The position numbers and the translations under genes are program-made. The notes beneath the pieces are model-generated. The model was not told the DNA's origin, searched no databases, and worked only from the letters and a program-made list of their open reading frames with translations. From assembly GCA_017412715.1 (NCBI GenBank), contig JAFPWU010000031.1, positions 1 through 64,000 on the forward strand: a stretch of 64,000 nucleotides of DNA, given 5' to 3'. How positions within the stretch are numbered: position 1 is the stretch's first letter; every line of letters starts with the position of its first letter. This document shows, piece by piece, positions 25,861 through 39,767 of the stretch. Source of the DNA: Clostridia bacterium (GTDB lineage: Bacteria > Bacillota > Clostridia > Christensenellales > Aristaeellaceae).

Positions 25861-27471
25861 TCAGTCTGTTTCCATCAGTTCCTCGATCTGTTTCCGCAGC
25901 TTCCGCAGCTCCCCGTTGGCATACCCATCCATGCCCCGGACCCTGGCCAGCAGCGCCTCCGCGGCGGAAACCAGCTGCCGGTAATCATCCGATCCTGCGG
26001 CCGCCTTCTTCTGGGGCTTCTGCTTTTCCTTCTTTCTCCGGACAGGGGGCTCCAGCCGGATCCACTCCCCCTTCAGCAGGTCGAAGGTGGAGCCGGAGTA
26101 AGGCGCCTCCGCAGGAATGCCCAGCCGCTCCGTCAGCCCCTGGGCCAGCGCCTCGCAGGATTCATCATCCCCGTGGTTCACGAAGATGCGCTGAGGTCTG
26201 CGGCGGATGGATTCCGCCCAGCGCAGCAGCCCTTCCCGGTCCGCGTGGCCGGAAACGCCGTTCAGCAGGGTCACTTCCGCCTTGACCTCGATCTCCTCTC
26301 CCAGGATCTTGACCCGTTTCGCCCCGTCGTAGATGATCCGGCCCAGGGTGCCGTTGGCCTGATAGCCCACGAACAGGATCGTATTGTCCGGATTCCAGAT
26401 GGTATGCTTCAGGTGATGCCGAATCCGGCCGCCTTCGCACATGCCCCCGGAGGCGATGATCACCTTGATTTCTCCGTTCTCGTTCAGGGCTTTCGATTCA
26501 TCCGCGGACACGATGGTCTTCAGCCCGTCAAACCAGATGGGGTTTTCCCCCTCCCGCATGATGGCCCTGGCCTCCTCGTCCAGGCAGCTGACATCGCACT
26601 GCAGGAAGATGGCCGTGGCCTCATTGGCCAGGGGGCTGTCCACATAGACCGGAAACTCCGGGTATTCCGGCAGCAGCCCCTGCTGCTTGATCTCCCGGAA
26701 GAAATAGAGCAGCTCCTGGGTGCGCCCCACGGCGAAGGAAGGAATCACCACCGTGCCGCCCCGGGCGAAGGTCCTCTTCAGGGTTTCCACCAGGAAGGGA
26801 ATCGGATCCATGGGCCGTTCATGCAGCCGGCTGCCGTAGGTGGACTCCATCATCAGGTAGTCCGCCCCCTCCAGGGGACAGGGATCCTTGATAATGGGTT
26901 GATCCGTGTTTCCGATATCCCCGCTGAAGGCTACCGTCACCTCCCGGTCCCCCTCCCGCAGGAAGCATTCCACCGAGGCGGAGCCCAGCAGGTGCCCGGC
27001 ATCCGTGAAGCGGATGGAAAGCCCTTCCTCTACGGGAAGGATCTGCCCGTAAGGGCAGGGGCGGAAAAGACGGAGTGCCTCCTCCGCGTCCTCAAGCGTA
27101 TACAGGGGCTCCACCGCTTCCTTCCCCACGCGCAGATTCTTTTTGGTCTGGTATTCCGCGTCCTTCTCCTGGATGTTGGCGCTGTCCGCCAGCATGATGG
27201 CGCAGAGGTTCGAGGTTTCCCGGGTGGCAAAGATCTTTCCGCGAAATCCCTGCTTCACCAGCAGCGGCAGCATCCCACTGTGATCGATATGGGCGTGGGT
27301 CAGCAGCACCATCTCGATCTCCTTCGGAGAGACGGGAAGCGGCGCGTTTTCGTACTCATTGTCGCCCTGGGTCATTCCTTCATCCACCAGAAGGTAGCGG
27401 CCTTCCCGCCATTCCAGCAGCGTGCGGCTGCCCGTCACCTCATGATTCGCCCCGAGAAAGGTGATCTTCAT
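25861..27471 (-). CDS. MBL-fold beta-CASP family ribonuclease (RNA-metabolising metallo-beta-lactamase, RNase J/CPSF-like), 536 aa
   Basis: HxHxDH motif (THAHIDHSG), then beta-CASP and an RNA-specificity C-terminal domain. RBS GGGAGGGAA; starts 4 nt after the upstream stop. Confidence 0.8.
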   Translation of the reverse strand: MKITFLGANHEVTGSRTLLEWREGRYLLVDEGMTQGDNEYENAPLPVSPKEIEMVLLTHAHIDHSGMLPLLVKQGFRGKIFATRETSNLCAIMLADSANIQEKDAEYQTKKNLRVGKEAVEPLYTLEDAEEALRLFRPCPYGQILPVEEGLSIRFTDAGHLLGSASVECFLREGDREVTVAFSGDIGNTDQPIIKDPCPLEGADYLMMESTYGSRLHERPMDPIPFLVETLKRTFARGGTVVIPSFAVGRTQELLYFFREIKQQGLLPEYPEFPVYVDSPLANEATAIFLQCDVSCLDEEARAIMREGENPIWFDGLKTIVSADESKALNENGEIKVIIASGGMCEGGRIRHHLKHTIWNPDNTILFVGYQANGTLGRIIYDGAKRVKILGEEIEVKAEVTLLNGVSGHADREGLLRWAESIRRRPQRIFVNHGDDESCEALAQGLTERLGIPAEAPYSGSTFDLLKGEWIRLEPPVRRKKEKQKPQKKAAAGSDDYRQLVSAAEALLARVRGMDGYANGELRKLRKQIEELMETD

Positions 27472-27474
27472 TTC

Positions 27475-28359
27475 TCAGTTCCCTCCCTGTTCCGTAAATA
27501 CCAAAACGTCGATATCCTTCGCTTTTCCTCCCATAATCAGGCGCATGCTGCGGGCCCCCTTCTTCCGGGCCAGCAGAGCGGAGGATGGTCCTCCGTCCAG
27601 ATTAAACAGCCACTCCAGCTCGAAATACTTCTGAAAGAAATTGTTCACCTCGTGGAGCGTAAGGCCCAGTCCTCCGTCATTGGATACGGAAAGGATCAGG
27701 TAGTTATTGCGGTCCACGCGGCCGATGACCGTCCGTCGGGCTTTCCTTCTGGCGAATTCCCAGTCCGTCGGCGTCAGGATTTCCCCCTTCATCTGCAGGG
27801 GACAAAGCTCCCGGAAGCTCCAGGTCTGGCTCGGGGAGCGGGCCAGCACCTCCTCGGTGCGCGCCCCGGTATACATCACCAGCCCGTCCCGCTCCAGGGT
27901 CAGACCCACATAGGGAATCTCCGTCAGATTGCGCAGCACCTCCCCGTCCGTCACGGTCAGGGAGCCCCAGGGCGTATAGTAGTAATCGGAGACCTGGCCA
28001 GGGTAATGGTCCGGCACGTCCGGATAGACCGGGCTCCAGTACCCGCTTCCGTTGATGGCCAGCGCCGCCCCCGGCACCGTCATGGCCATCTTTTTCGGCA
28101 GCTGGATATCCTTTCCCCAGGTGGAGGTGGCCTTCCGGATCTGATGCTCCGGATCCTGAACCCATACCTTGGTCAGAAAGCACCGGATCCCATGGATGTT
28201 GAAGGTTTCGATCTTATACTTCAGGGAGTCGGATTCATAGGCGAAATAGGCCCTGTGATCAAAGCTCTCGTAGGTCCGGGGAGGACAGGCTTCCTCCCCC
28301 GGCGCAGGCAGGGGCGTCAGGGCCAGCAGCAACAGCAGCAGGGCAAGCGCTCTTCTCAT
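27475..28359 (-). CDS. Secreted phosphodiester glycosidase family protein (NAGPA-domain)
   Basis: Signal peptide MRRALALLLLLLALTPLPA; NLDGGPSSAL motif typical of the phosphodiester glycosidase family. RBS AGGAGA. Confidence 0.7.
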   Translation of the reverse strand: MRRALALLLLLLALTPLPAPGEEACPPRTYESFDHRAYFAYESDSLKYKIETFNIHGIRCFLTKVWVQDPEHQIRKATSTWGKDIQLPKKMAMTVPGAALAINGSGYWSPVYPDVPDHYPGQVSDYYYTPWGSLTVTDGEVLRNLTEIPYVGLTLERDGLVMYTGARTEEVLARSPSQTWSFRELCPLQMKGEILTPTDWEFARRKARRTVIGRVDRNNYLILSVSNDGGLGLTLHEVNNFFQKYFELEWLFNLDGGPSSALLARKKGARSMRLIMGGKAKDIDVLVFTEQGGN

Positions 28360-28395
28360 ATCTGTCTCCTGTGATAGGCGGAGGTTTCAGCCGCG

Positions 28396-29775
28396 TCAGG
28401 TTTCCCGGGCTTTGACCGCTTCCGCCCAGATGGCGCATTCCATTCTTTTTTTGAACAGCTCGCAGCCGGTTTTGTAGACCCCGCGAACCGAGCCCGTGGC
28501 GTGGTATCCGTTGGCCGCGCAGCCCCCGGAGCAGTACAGGCGGGCCCAGCAGGATCTGCATTCCTCCCGGGCATAGACATTGCAGGCCGCAAATTCCTCC
28601 CGGACCGCGGTATTCGTGACCCCGTTCCAGATATCCCCCAGCCGGAAGCTTTCCTCCCCCACGAACTGATGGCAGGGGTACAGATCCCCCCAGGGGGTCA
28701 CGGCCATGTATTCCGTGCCGGAGCCGCACCCTGAGATCCGCTTGTAGACGCAGGGGCCGCCGGACAGGTCGATCATATAGTGATAGAAGGTGAAGGGCCG
28801 GCCTTCCCTCCTGCGCTGCACCAGCAGCCGGGCCAGGTCCTCATACTGCCGCATCACCACGGGCAGATCCTCCTCCGTCAGGGCGGAGGGGTCCCCTTCG
28901 GCACAGACCACCGGCTCCATGCTCAGTTCCGTAAAGCCCAGGTCCAGCATGACCTGGATATCCTTCAGGAAGTCGGGATTCGCGTGGGTAAAGGTTCCGC
29001 GCATATAGTAGTTTTTCCCGCCCCTGGCCTCCACCAGCCGCTGGAATTTGGGCACAATCTTCTCCCAGGAGCCGTTTCCGGCATAGTCCACCCGGAACCG
29101 GTCGTGGATTTCCTTCCGGCCGTCCAGGCTCAGCACCACGTTGGCGCACTCCCGGTTGGCGAAATCAATCACGTCCTCGTCAATCAGAACGCCGTTGGTG
29201 GTCAGGGTGAAGCGGAAGTTCTTCCCGTGCTCCTTCTCGATGGAGCGGGCATAGGCCACCAGATCCTTGACCACCTGGAAATTCATCAGGGGTTCGCCTC
29301 CGAAGAAGTCCACCTCCAGATTTCGCCGGCTGCCGGAATTCCGGATCAGGAAGTCCAGGGCCTGCTTTCCCGTCTCAAAGGACATGATCGCCCGATCCCC
29401 GTGGTACTTTCCCTGGCTGGCGAAGCAGTAGGAGCAGTTCAGATTGCAGGTATGCGCCACGTGCAGGCAGAGAGCCTTCACCACCCCGGCCGTCTTCTGC
29501 TTCAGGGCTCCGGCCATGGGCTCAAAGGTATCCTCGGAGAAGAGCTGTCCCGCGTCCTTCAGGGCGGTAATTTCGTCATAGCAGGCGGCCAGATCCGCCT
29601 CCGTAACATCCTCCCGCTGCCCGTACTTTTCCTTCATGGCCGCCAGGATCCCTTCCCTGGGCTCCGTTTCGTACCGGGCGATCATATCGTAGGCAATCTC
29701 GTCCACCAGATGAACCCCGCCGGAGCAGACATCCAGCACGATGTTCAGCCCGTCAAACTGATATTGATGAATCAT
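28396..29775 (-). CDS. SCIFF (ranthipeptide) radical SAM/SPASM maturase, thioether cross-link-forming (CteB/Tte1186 type)
   Basis: ATG at 29775 with a GGGAG RBS (the track starts at TTG 29781). CxxxCxxC radical-SAM cluster (CNLNCSYC). C-terminal SPASM domain with multiple Cys clusters (CRSCWARLYCSGGCAANGYH). N-terminus MIHQYQFDGLNIVLDV is typical of SCIFF maturases. Confidence 0.85.
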   Translation of the reverse strand: MIHQYQFDGLNIVLDVCSGGVHLVDEIAYDMIARYETEPREGILAAMKEKYGQREDVTEADLAACYDEITALKDAGQLFSEDTFEPMAGALKQKTAGVVKALCLHVAHTCNLNCSYCFASQGKYHGDRAIMSFETGKQALDFLIRNSGSRRNLEVDFFGGEPLMNFQVVKDLVAYARSIEKEHGKNFRFTLTTNGVLIDEDVIDFANRECANVVLSLDGRKEIHDRFRVDYAGNGSWEKIVPKFQRLVEARGGKNYYMRGTFTHANPDFLKDIQVMLDLGFTELSMEPVVCAEGDPSALTEEDLPVVMRQYEDLARLLVQRRREGRPFTFYHYMIDLSGGPCVYKRISGCGSGTEYMAVTPWGDLYPCHQFVGEESFRLGDIWNGVTNTAVREEFAACNVYAREECRSCWARLYCSGGCAANGYHATGSVRGVYKTGCELFKKRMECAIWAEAVKARET

Positions 29776-29912
29776 ACGCAAAACTCCCTGATGATGATAG
29801 GGAAACGCTGACTGATTCCCTTCGGGATAAAATCGCTGCGCTCAGGCGATGCATGTCAGGCCCCCGCCCAGGCGGATTTCGGTCCCCGGGGACATTTTCT
29901 CCGCGTTTCCAT

Positions 29913-29937
29913 AAAAAATGCCGCCGGAACGGCGGCA
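29913..29937 (-). terminator. Intrinsic terminator/attenuator between the SCIFF precursor and the maturase (gccgccg-ttcc-cggcggc + U6 on the minus strand)
   Basis: Perfect GC stem followed by TTTTTT in the sense orientation, 17 nt after the precursor stop. The usual precursor/enzyme ratio-setting arrangement in RiPP operons. Confidence 0.65.
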
Positions 29938-29953
29938 TTCTTACAGGCCTTGT

Positions 29954-30106
29954 TTATTTGTTTTCAGCCTTGTTTTCGCACTGCTGGTTGGCGATGCCGC
30001 AGCTCGTCTTGCAGGCGGACTGGCAGGAAGTCTGGCATTCGCCGCATCCGCCGTTCTTCGCACTCTCGCAGAGGTTCCGGGTATTCAGGGTCTGAATGTG
30101 CTCCAT
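29954..30106 (-). CDS. SCIFF peptide precursor (six cysteines in forty-five residues), 50 aa: MEHIQTLNTRNLCESAKNGGCGECQTSCQSACKTSCGIANQQCENKAENK
   Basis: Not in the ORF track (<60 aa); found by translating the minus strand. RBS GGGAGGG 6 nt upstream of the ATG. The core GGCGECQTSCQSACKTSC matches the conserved SCIFF core. Sits immediately upstream of the maturase. Confidence 0.85.
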   Translation of the reverse strand: MEHIQTLNTRNLCESAKNGGCGECQTSCQSACKTSCGIANQQCENKAENK

Positions 30107-30141
30107 GGGAAATCCCTCCCTTATGCTTCAAAATTCAATGT

Positions 30142-32534
<2,393 letters not shown>

Positions 32535-32545
32535 TTCAGTCTTCT

Positions 32546-33808
32546 TTATCCTTCCACCCTGATGACATTTTCCACCTGACAGATTTCAGGATTCAGCGCC
32601 TTCACCACCCGCTGCACCGCGCTTTCCGGCGCGGTATGGGTAATGACGATGATCATCGCTTTTCCGCCCGGCACCGCGTGCTTCTGCATCATGGCGGAGA
32701 CGGAGATTCCCTCCCCGGCCAGCAGGCCCATTACCTCCGCCAGTACGCCGGGGGCGTCCTTGGCCGCCATCCGGATGAAGTACTTGCTCTGCCAGTCATC
32801 CGCCACGGGAACGGGGTTCTGCCTCAGGTAGGGCATCGGATGCACCTCATGGCTCGCCGCCTGGATGATGTCCCCCACGATGGCGCTGGCCGTGGGCGCG
32901 TCCCCGGCCCCCCGGCCTTCCAGCATCATGTCCTTGAAGGAATGGCCGTACAGGTACACCGCGTTCAGCGAGCCGTCCACCCGGGCCAGGGGATGATCCG
33001 CCGGCAGGAAGGCCGGATGCACCCGGGCCTCAATGGAATCCCCGTTGTCCTTGCCGATGGCCAGCAGCTTCAGCACATAGCCCATCTCCCGGCCGAAGGC
33101 AATGTCCTCCGGGGAAATCTTCGTAATGCCTTCCCGATAGATATTCTCCACATAGACCCGGTTATGGAACGCCAGGGAGCCGAGGATGCTCAGCTTGTAG
33201 GCGGCATCCATGCCCTCCACGTCCGCCGCCGGGTTCGGCTCCGCCAGCCCCAGTCGCTGCGCGTCTTTCAGGATCGTCCCGTAGTCCGCGCCCTCCGCGG
33301 CCATCCGGGTCAGGATATAGTTGGTCGTACCGTTGACGATCCCCATGATCTGCTCCACATGGTTGGCAATCAGGGGGCTCTGGATCGAGGTAATGATGGG
33401 GATGGCGCCTCCCACGCTGGCTTCATAGTACAGCCCGGCGCCTGTTTTCCCGGCCATGGCACGCAGCTCGTCAAAATGCAGGGAGAGGGCCATCTTGTTG
33501 GCGGTCACCACGGACTTTCCGTTTTCCAGCGCCCGCAGCATCATCGAGGCAGCCGGCTGCTCGCCCCCCAGGAATTCGCAGACGATCTGAATCTCCGGAT
33601 CCTCCAGGATATCCGCCTTGTCCGTCGTCAGAACCTCCTCGGGCACCTCCTTGCCTCCGTGGATCTTTTTATCCAGCACCAGCGCCTTTTTCACCCGCAG
33701 GGAATATCCCGTGCGCAGGGCAGTCTCCTCCCCGAATTCCCGGATCAGATCCCATACGCCGCCGCCGATGTTGCCAAGCCCCAGCAGTCCCAGTACAACC
33801 TCTTTCAT
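32546..33808 (-). CDS. hom: Homoserine dehydrogenase with C-terminal ACT domain
   Basis: ATG at 33808 preceded by GAAGGAGAGAAGGG. NAD-binding GLGNIGGGV motif; catalytic and ACT regions typical of Hom. Confidence 0.85.
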   Translation of the reverse strand: MKEVVLGLLGLGNIGGGVWDLIREFGEETALRTGYSLRVKKALVLDKKIHGGKEVPEEVLTTDKADILEDPEIQIVCEFLGGEQPAASMMLRALENGKSVVTANKMALSLHFDELRAMAGKTGAGLYYEASVGGAIPIITSIQSPLIANHVEQIMGIVNGTTNYILTRMAAEGADYGTILKDAQRLGLAEPNPAADVEGMDAAYKLSILGSLAFHNRVYVENIYREGITKISPEDIAFGREMGYVLKLLAIGKDNGDSIEARVHPAFLPADHPLARVDGSLNAVYLYGHSFKDMMLEGRGAGDAPTASAIVGDIIQAASHEVHPMPYLRQNPVPVADDWQSKYFIRMAAKDAPGVLAEVMGLLAGEGISVSAMMQKHAVPGGKAMIIVITHTAPESAVQRVVKALNPEICQVENVIRVEG

Positions 33809-33888
33809 GTCCCTTCTCTCCTTCTCTCTTCTTTCCTGCGCCACATCCGTCTCAGCGCCTCGGAATTCGGTGGATCGGCCCGAAAGCC

Positions 33889-34659
33889 TCAGCTCTTCTG
33901 GTTCCGCTCATAGATGATCCGAAGGCCCTTCAGCGTCAGCAGCCCGTCAAGCTTATCGATGGACTGGGTCTCCTCCTCGATCAGCACCGCCATGCCTCCG
34001 GTGGCCACCACAAAGGCTTCCCGGCCCAGCTCCTGCTTGATCTTCCGGACAATATTCCGGATCAAGCCCACATAGCCGTAGTACATGCCGCTCTGCAGGT
34101 TGGTCAGGGTCGTTCTGCCGATGACCGATTCAGGGCGGACAAACTCGAATCGGGGCAGCTTCGCAGTCCCCGTCACCAGGGCCTCGCTGCTCAGCTTGAT
34201 TCCCGGGCAGATCAGGCCGCCGAGGAAGCTGCCTCCCTCATCCACCACGCCGAAGGTGGTGGCCGTGCCGAAGTCGATGAAGATGGTGGGCCCGCCGTAT
34301 TCCGCGTAGGCCGCCACCGCGTTGGCGATCCGGTCGCTACCCAGCTCCCGGGGATTCTCATACCGGAGATTGATCCCGGTCTTAATGCCCGGGGCCACAA
34401 ACAGGGGCGTCTTCCCGAAATAGTTCTGCAGCATGCGCTCAATGGTGAAATTGACCGTGGGCACCACGGAAGAAACTACGATTCCCTCCACGCTGGAGAG
34501 CGGTACCCCTTCGTGGGCGAACATGGACGAGAGGCGGACGCCGTATTCGTCCGATGTGGAATTGATATTGGTGGACATGCGCCAGTATTTGTACATTTCC
34601 TTGCCGTCAAACAGCGCGGTCTTGATGTTGGTGTTTCCCACATCCATGGTCAGAATCAT
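33889..34659 (-). CDS. coaX: Type III pantothenate kinase
   Basis: ATG at 34659 (MILTMDVGNTNIK, the canonical CoaX N-terminus) with RBS GGAGGGAAG. DxGxT and GGxxxx ASKHA-fold motifs. Confidence 0.85.
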   Translation of the reverse strand: MILTMDVGNTNIKTALFDGKEMYKYWRMSTNINSTSDEYGVRLSSMFAHEGVPLSSVEGIVVSSVVPTVNFTIERMLQNYFGKTPLFVAPGIKTGINLRYENPRELGSDRIANAVAAYAEYGGPTIFIDFGTATTFGVVDEGGSFLGGLICPGIKLSSEALVTGTAKLPRFEFVRPESVIGRTTLTNLQSGMYYGYVGLIRNIVRKIKQELGREAFVVATGGMAVLIEEETQSIDKLDGLLTLKGLRIIYERNQKS

Positions 34660-34703
34660 CGCTGACTTCCCTCCGTTCAGGATTCCCGCAGGATCCCCGC
34701 CGC

Positions 34704-34771
34704 AAAAAAATGTCATCCCCGCCTTTCTTTCCCCTTCGGGGCTCCAGCCCCGGCAGGAAAACAGGGATGAC
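34704..34771 (-). promoter_or_regulatory. Terminator-like/attenuator hairpin in the coaX 5' leader (gtcatccc...gggatgac + U7), with a nested GC hairpin (ggggctccagcccc)
   Basis: In the sense (minus) orientation the 8-bp outer stem is followed by TTTTTTT. Lies between the putative promoter and the coaX RBS. Confidence 0.4.
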
Positions 34772-34774
34772 GTT

Positions 34775-34802
34775 ATTATACATGGATTTTCAGGATTGTA
34801 AA
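34775..34802 (-). promoter_or_regulatory. Putative coaX promoter TTTACA-16-TATAAT (minus strand)
   Basis: Hexamers read directly ~120 nt upstream of the coaX start. Confidence 0.45.
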
Positions 34803-34989
34803 GGCGGCAATCCGCCTCTGTTCTGACTCAATCCGCCCGTTTTTTCAGGAAGCGCGGATCGATTCCCCTCCGGCGGTCATTTCCGGAGAGCCGGCCTGAC
34901 AAACCTCGTCCGGGCAAAGGCCGGGAATGCCGGAAGCGAACGGATCGGCGCTCGTCCTGCACGCTGCAATACACCGCCGCATCCAATTC

Positions 34990-35090
34990 CGTGACCATTT
35001 CTGATATTTTCCCCACCTGACGTCCTTTTATGTGATGAATACCGACGGTCTCTCCCACTCCGGCGAAAATTCTGTCTCCGACCGCCACAT
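34990..35090 (-). pseudogene. birA: Possible decayed 3' fragment of a biotin-protein ligase (BirA C-terminal SH3-like domain), frameshifted
   Basis: Minus frame A gives VAVGDRIFAGVGETVGIHHI. The adjacent frame B then gives KRTSGGENIRN, which resembles the BirA terminal K-R-x-x-S-G-E-V/I-S-L/I-R. No intact ORF; 553-nt high-GC non-coding gap; birA commonly precedes coaX in Firmicutes. Weak; needs blastx. Confidence 0.3.
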
Positions 35091-35212
35091 CTTTTTTCCC
35101 TGACCTTCCGCCCCAGCTTTCGGCCATCCGGGGCGGAACCGTGAAATCCGCGGCGCCGGGACATCCGGCCGTGATGGCTCGGGGGAATCCCGGAACCTGC
35201 GGCTCCGGCAGG

Positions 35213-36013
35213 TCACTTCACGTAATAATGCCTGGCTATCCACTTGCTCAGTCCGTCCAGGCCCGGATAAATAATCCGTTCACTCATGTTCAGCTGGTCC
35301 AGCATATCCCGCACCCGCCAGCGCAGATGCCGGTCAATGATATACTTCACCGTATGCTCGGTCCGCCGGTTCAAAAAGCCCTCAATATCCGTCATGTCCG
35401 TGGGGATGATGGAAAAGAAGGAATACTGGTTGATGATCCGGTCGTTGGTGCTTGGGGGCTCTATGATCACCATGGCCTGATCCTTCATATCCTTGTCGTA
35501 CTGCTCCAGGGATTCCGTAATGCCGGAAAGCATCTTGATATTGAAAATACTGCTTTGGGTCCTCTTCTCCGCGTTCTGATACCGCTCCGGAAGCAGGCTG
35601 AACAGTTCCTGCATGTCTATCCGCCAGACCATGCAGTCATGATCCTCCATGGCCTCCAGATTCTCTTCCGTGACGGCGAAATGCAGCCCCACCAGCGGGC
35701 TCTGGCTCCAGTCCAGCAGGCGGGTGGGCAGTCCGTTGTGCTGGCCTGTAATCATGCACTGCCAGATATTCCTCGCCACCAGAGGATCCTGCCGCACCGC
35801 GTATTTTGAAAAGTTCTGCAGGATGGCCGGCTCCAGGGTTTTCTGCAGCTGCTTGCAGTTCCGCCGCAGGCTGGTGACCATCCGGTATTCCACGTTCGGC
35901 ATTCCCCTGTAGAGATAGGAGCTCCGGTTCCGATCCAGGTCCTTCCGGTATTCCTGCTCCGTCAGCAGGGGCATCAGGTCTCCGACCGTCTGAATTCTTA
36001 CTTCTTTAATCAT
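35213..36013 (-). CDS. FRG-domain protein (function unknown), 266 aa
   Basis: Hallmark FRG-domain motifs YRGM....L and QHNGLPTRLLDWSQSPLVGLHFA (cf. YRGQ / HYGLPTRLLDWT). RBS AGGAAAGGGAA. Starts 49 nt after the rpoC stop. Confidence 0.75.
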   Translation of the reverse strand: MIKEVRIQTVGDLMPLLTEQEYRKDLDRNRSSYLYRGMPNVEYRMVTSLRRNCKQLQKTLEPAILQNFSKYAVRQDPLVARNIWQCMITGQHNGLPTRLLDWSQSPLVGLHFAVTEENLEAMEDHDCMVWRIDMQELFSLLPERYQNAEKRTQSSIFNIKMLSGITESLEQYDKDMKDQAMVIIEPPSTNDRIINQYSFFSIIPTDMTDIEGFLNRRTEHTVKYIIDRHLRWRVRDMLDQLNMSERIIYPGLDGLSKWIARHYYVK

Positions 36014-36025
36014 ATTCCCTTTCCT

Positions 36026-36058
36026 AAAACCCCCCTCTGGCTCGCCAGAGGGGGGAAT
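36026..36058 (-). terminator. Intrinsic terminator directly after rpoC (cccccctctgg-cgag-ccagagggggg + UUUU), abutting the FRG gene RBS
   Basis: Perfect 11-bp GC-rich stem plus T-run in the sense orientation. Confidence 0.7.
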
Positions 36059-36062
36059 TGTT

Positions 36063-39632
<3,570 letters not shown>

Positions 39633-39767
39633 AAGGCTCCACTCTCCCTTCGTATGTCAGAAAAACCATTCCCCCTTCCCCGGAAGAAGGACTGCTCCAG
39701 CCCGTCTCCCGGGGCGTGCCGCCGTCAGCGGCGGGGAAAATCAGAAAAATGCATTCGTCATGATCCA

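Noticed and set aside
29776-29953. 18-aa ORF (METRRKCPRGPKSAWAGA) between the SCIFF precursor and the maturase
   Set aside because: No RBS, it lies downstream of the attenuator hairpin, and it has no conserved Cys pattern. It is not a second precursor.
39633-39767. rpoB–rpoC intergenic hairpin as a regulatory attenuator
   Set aside because: Only a short 4-5 bp GC stem is present with no clear U-tract. It is too weak to annotate as a feature.
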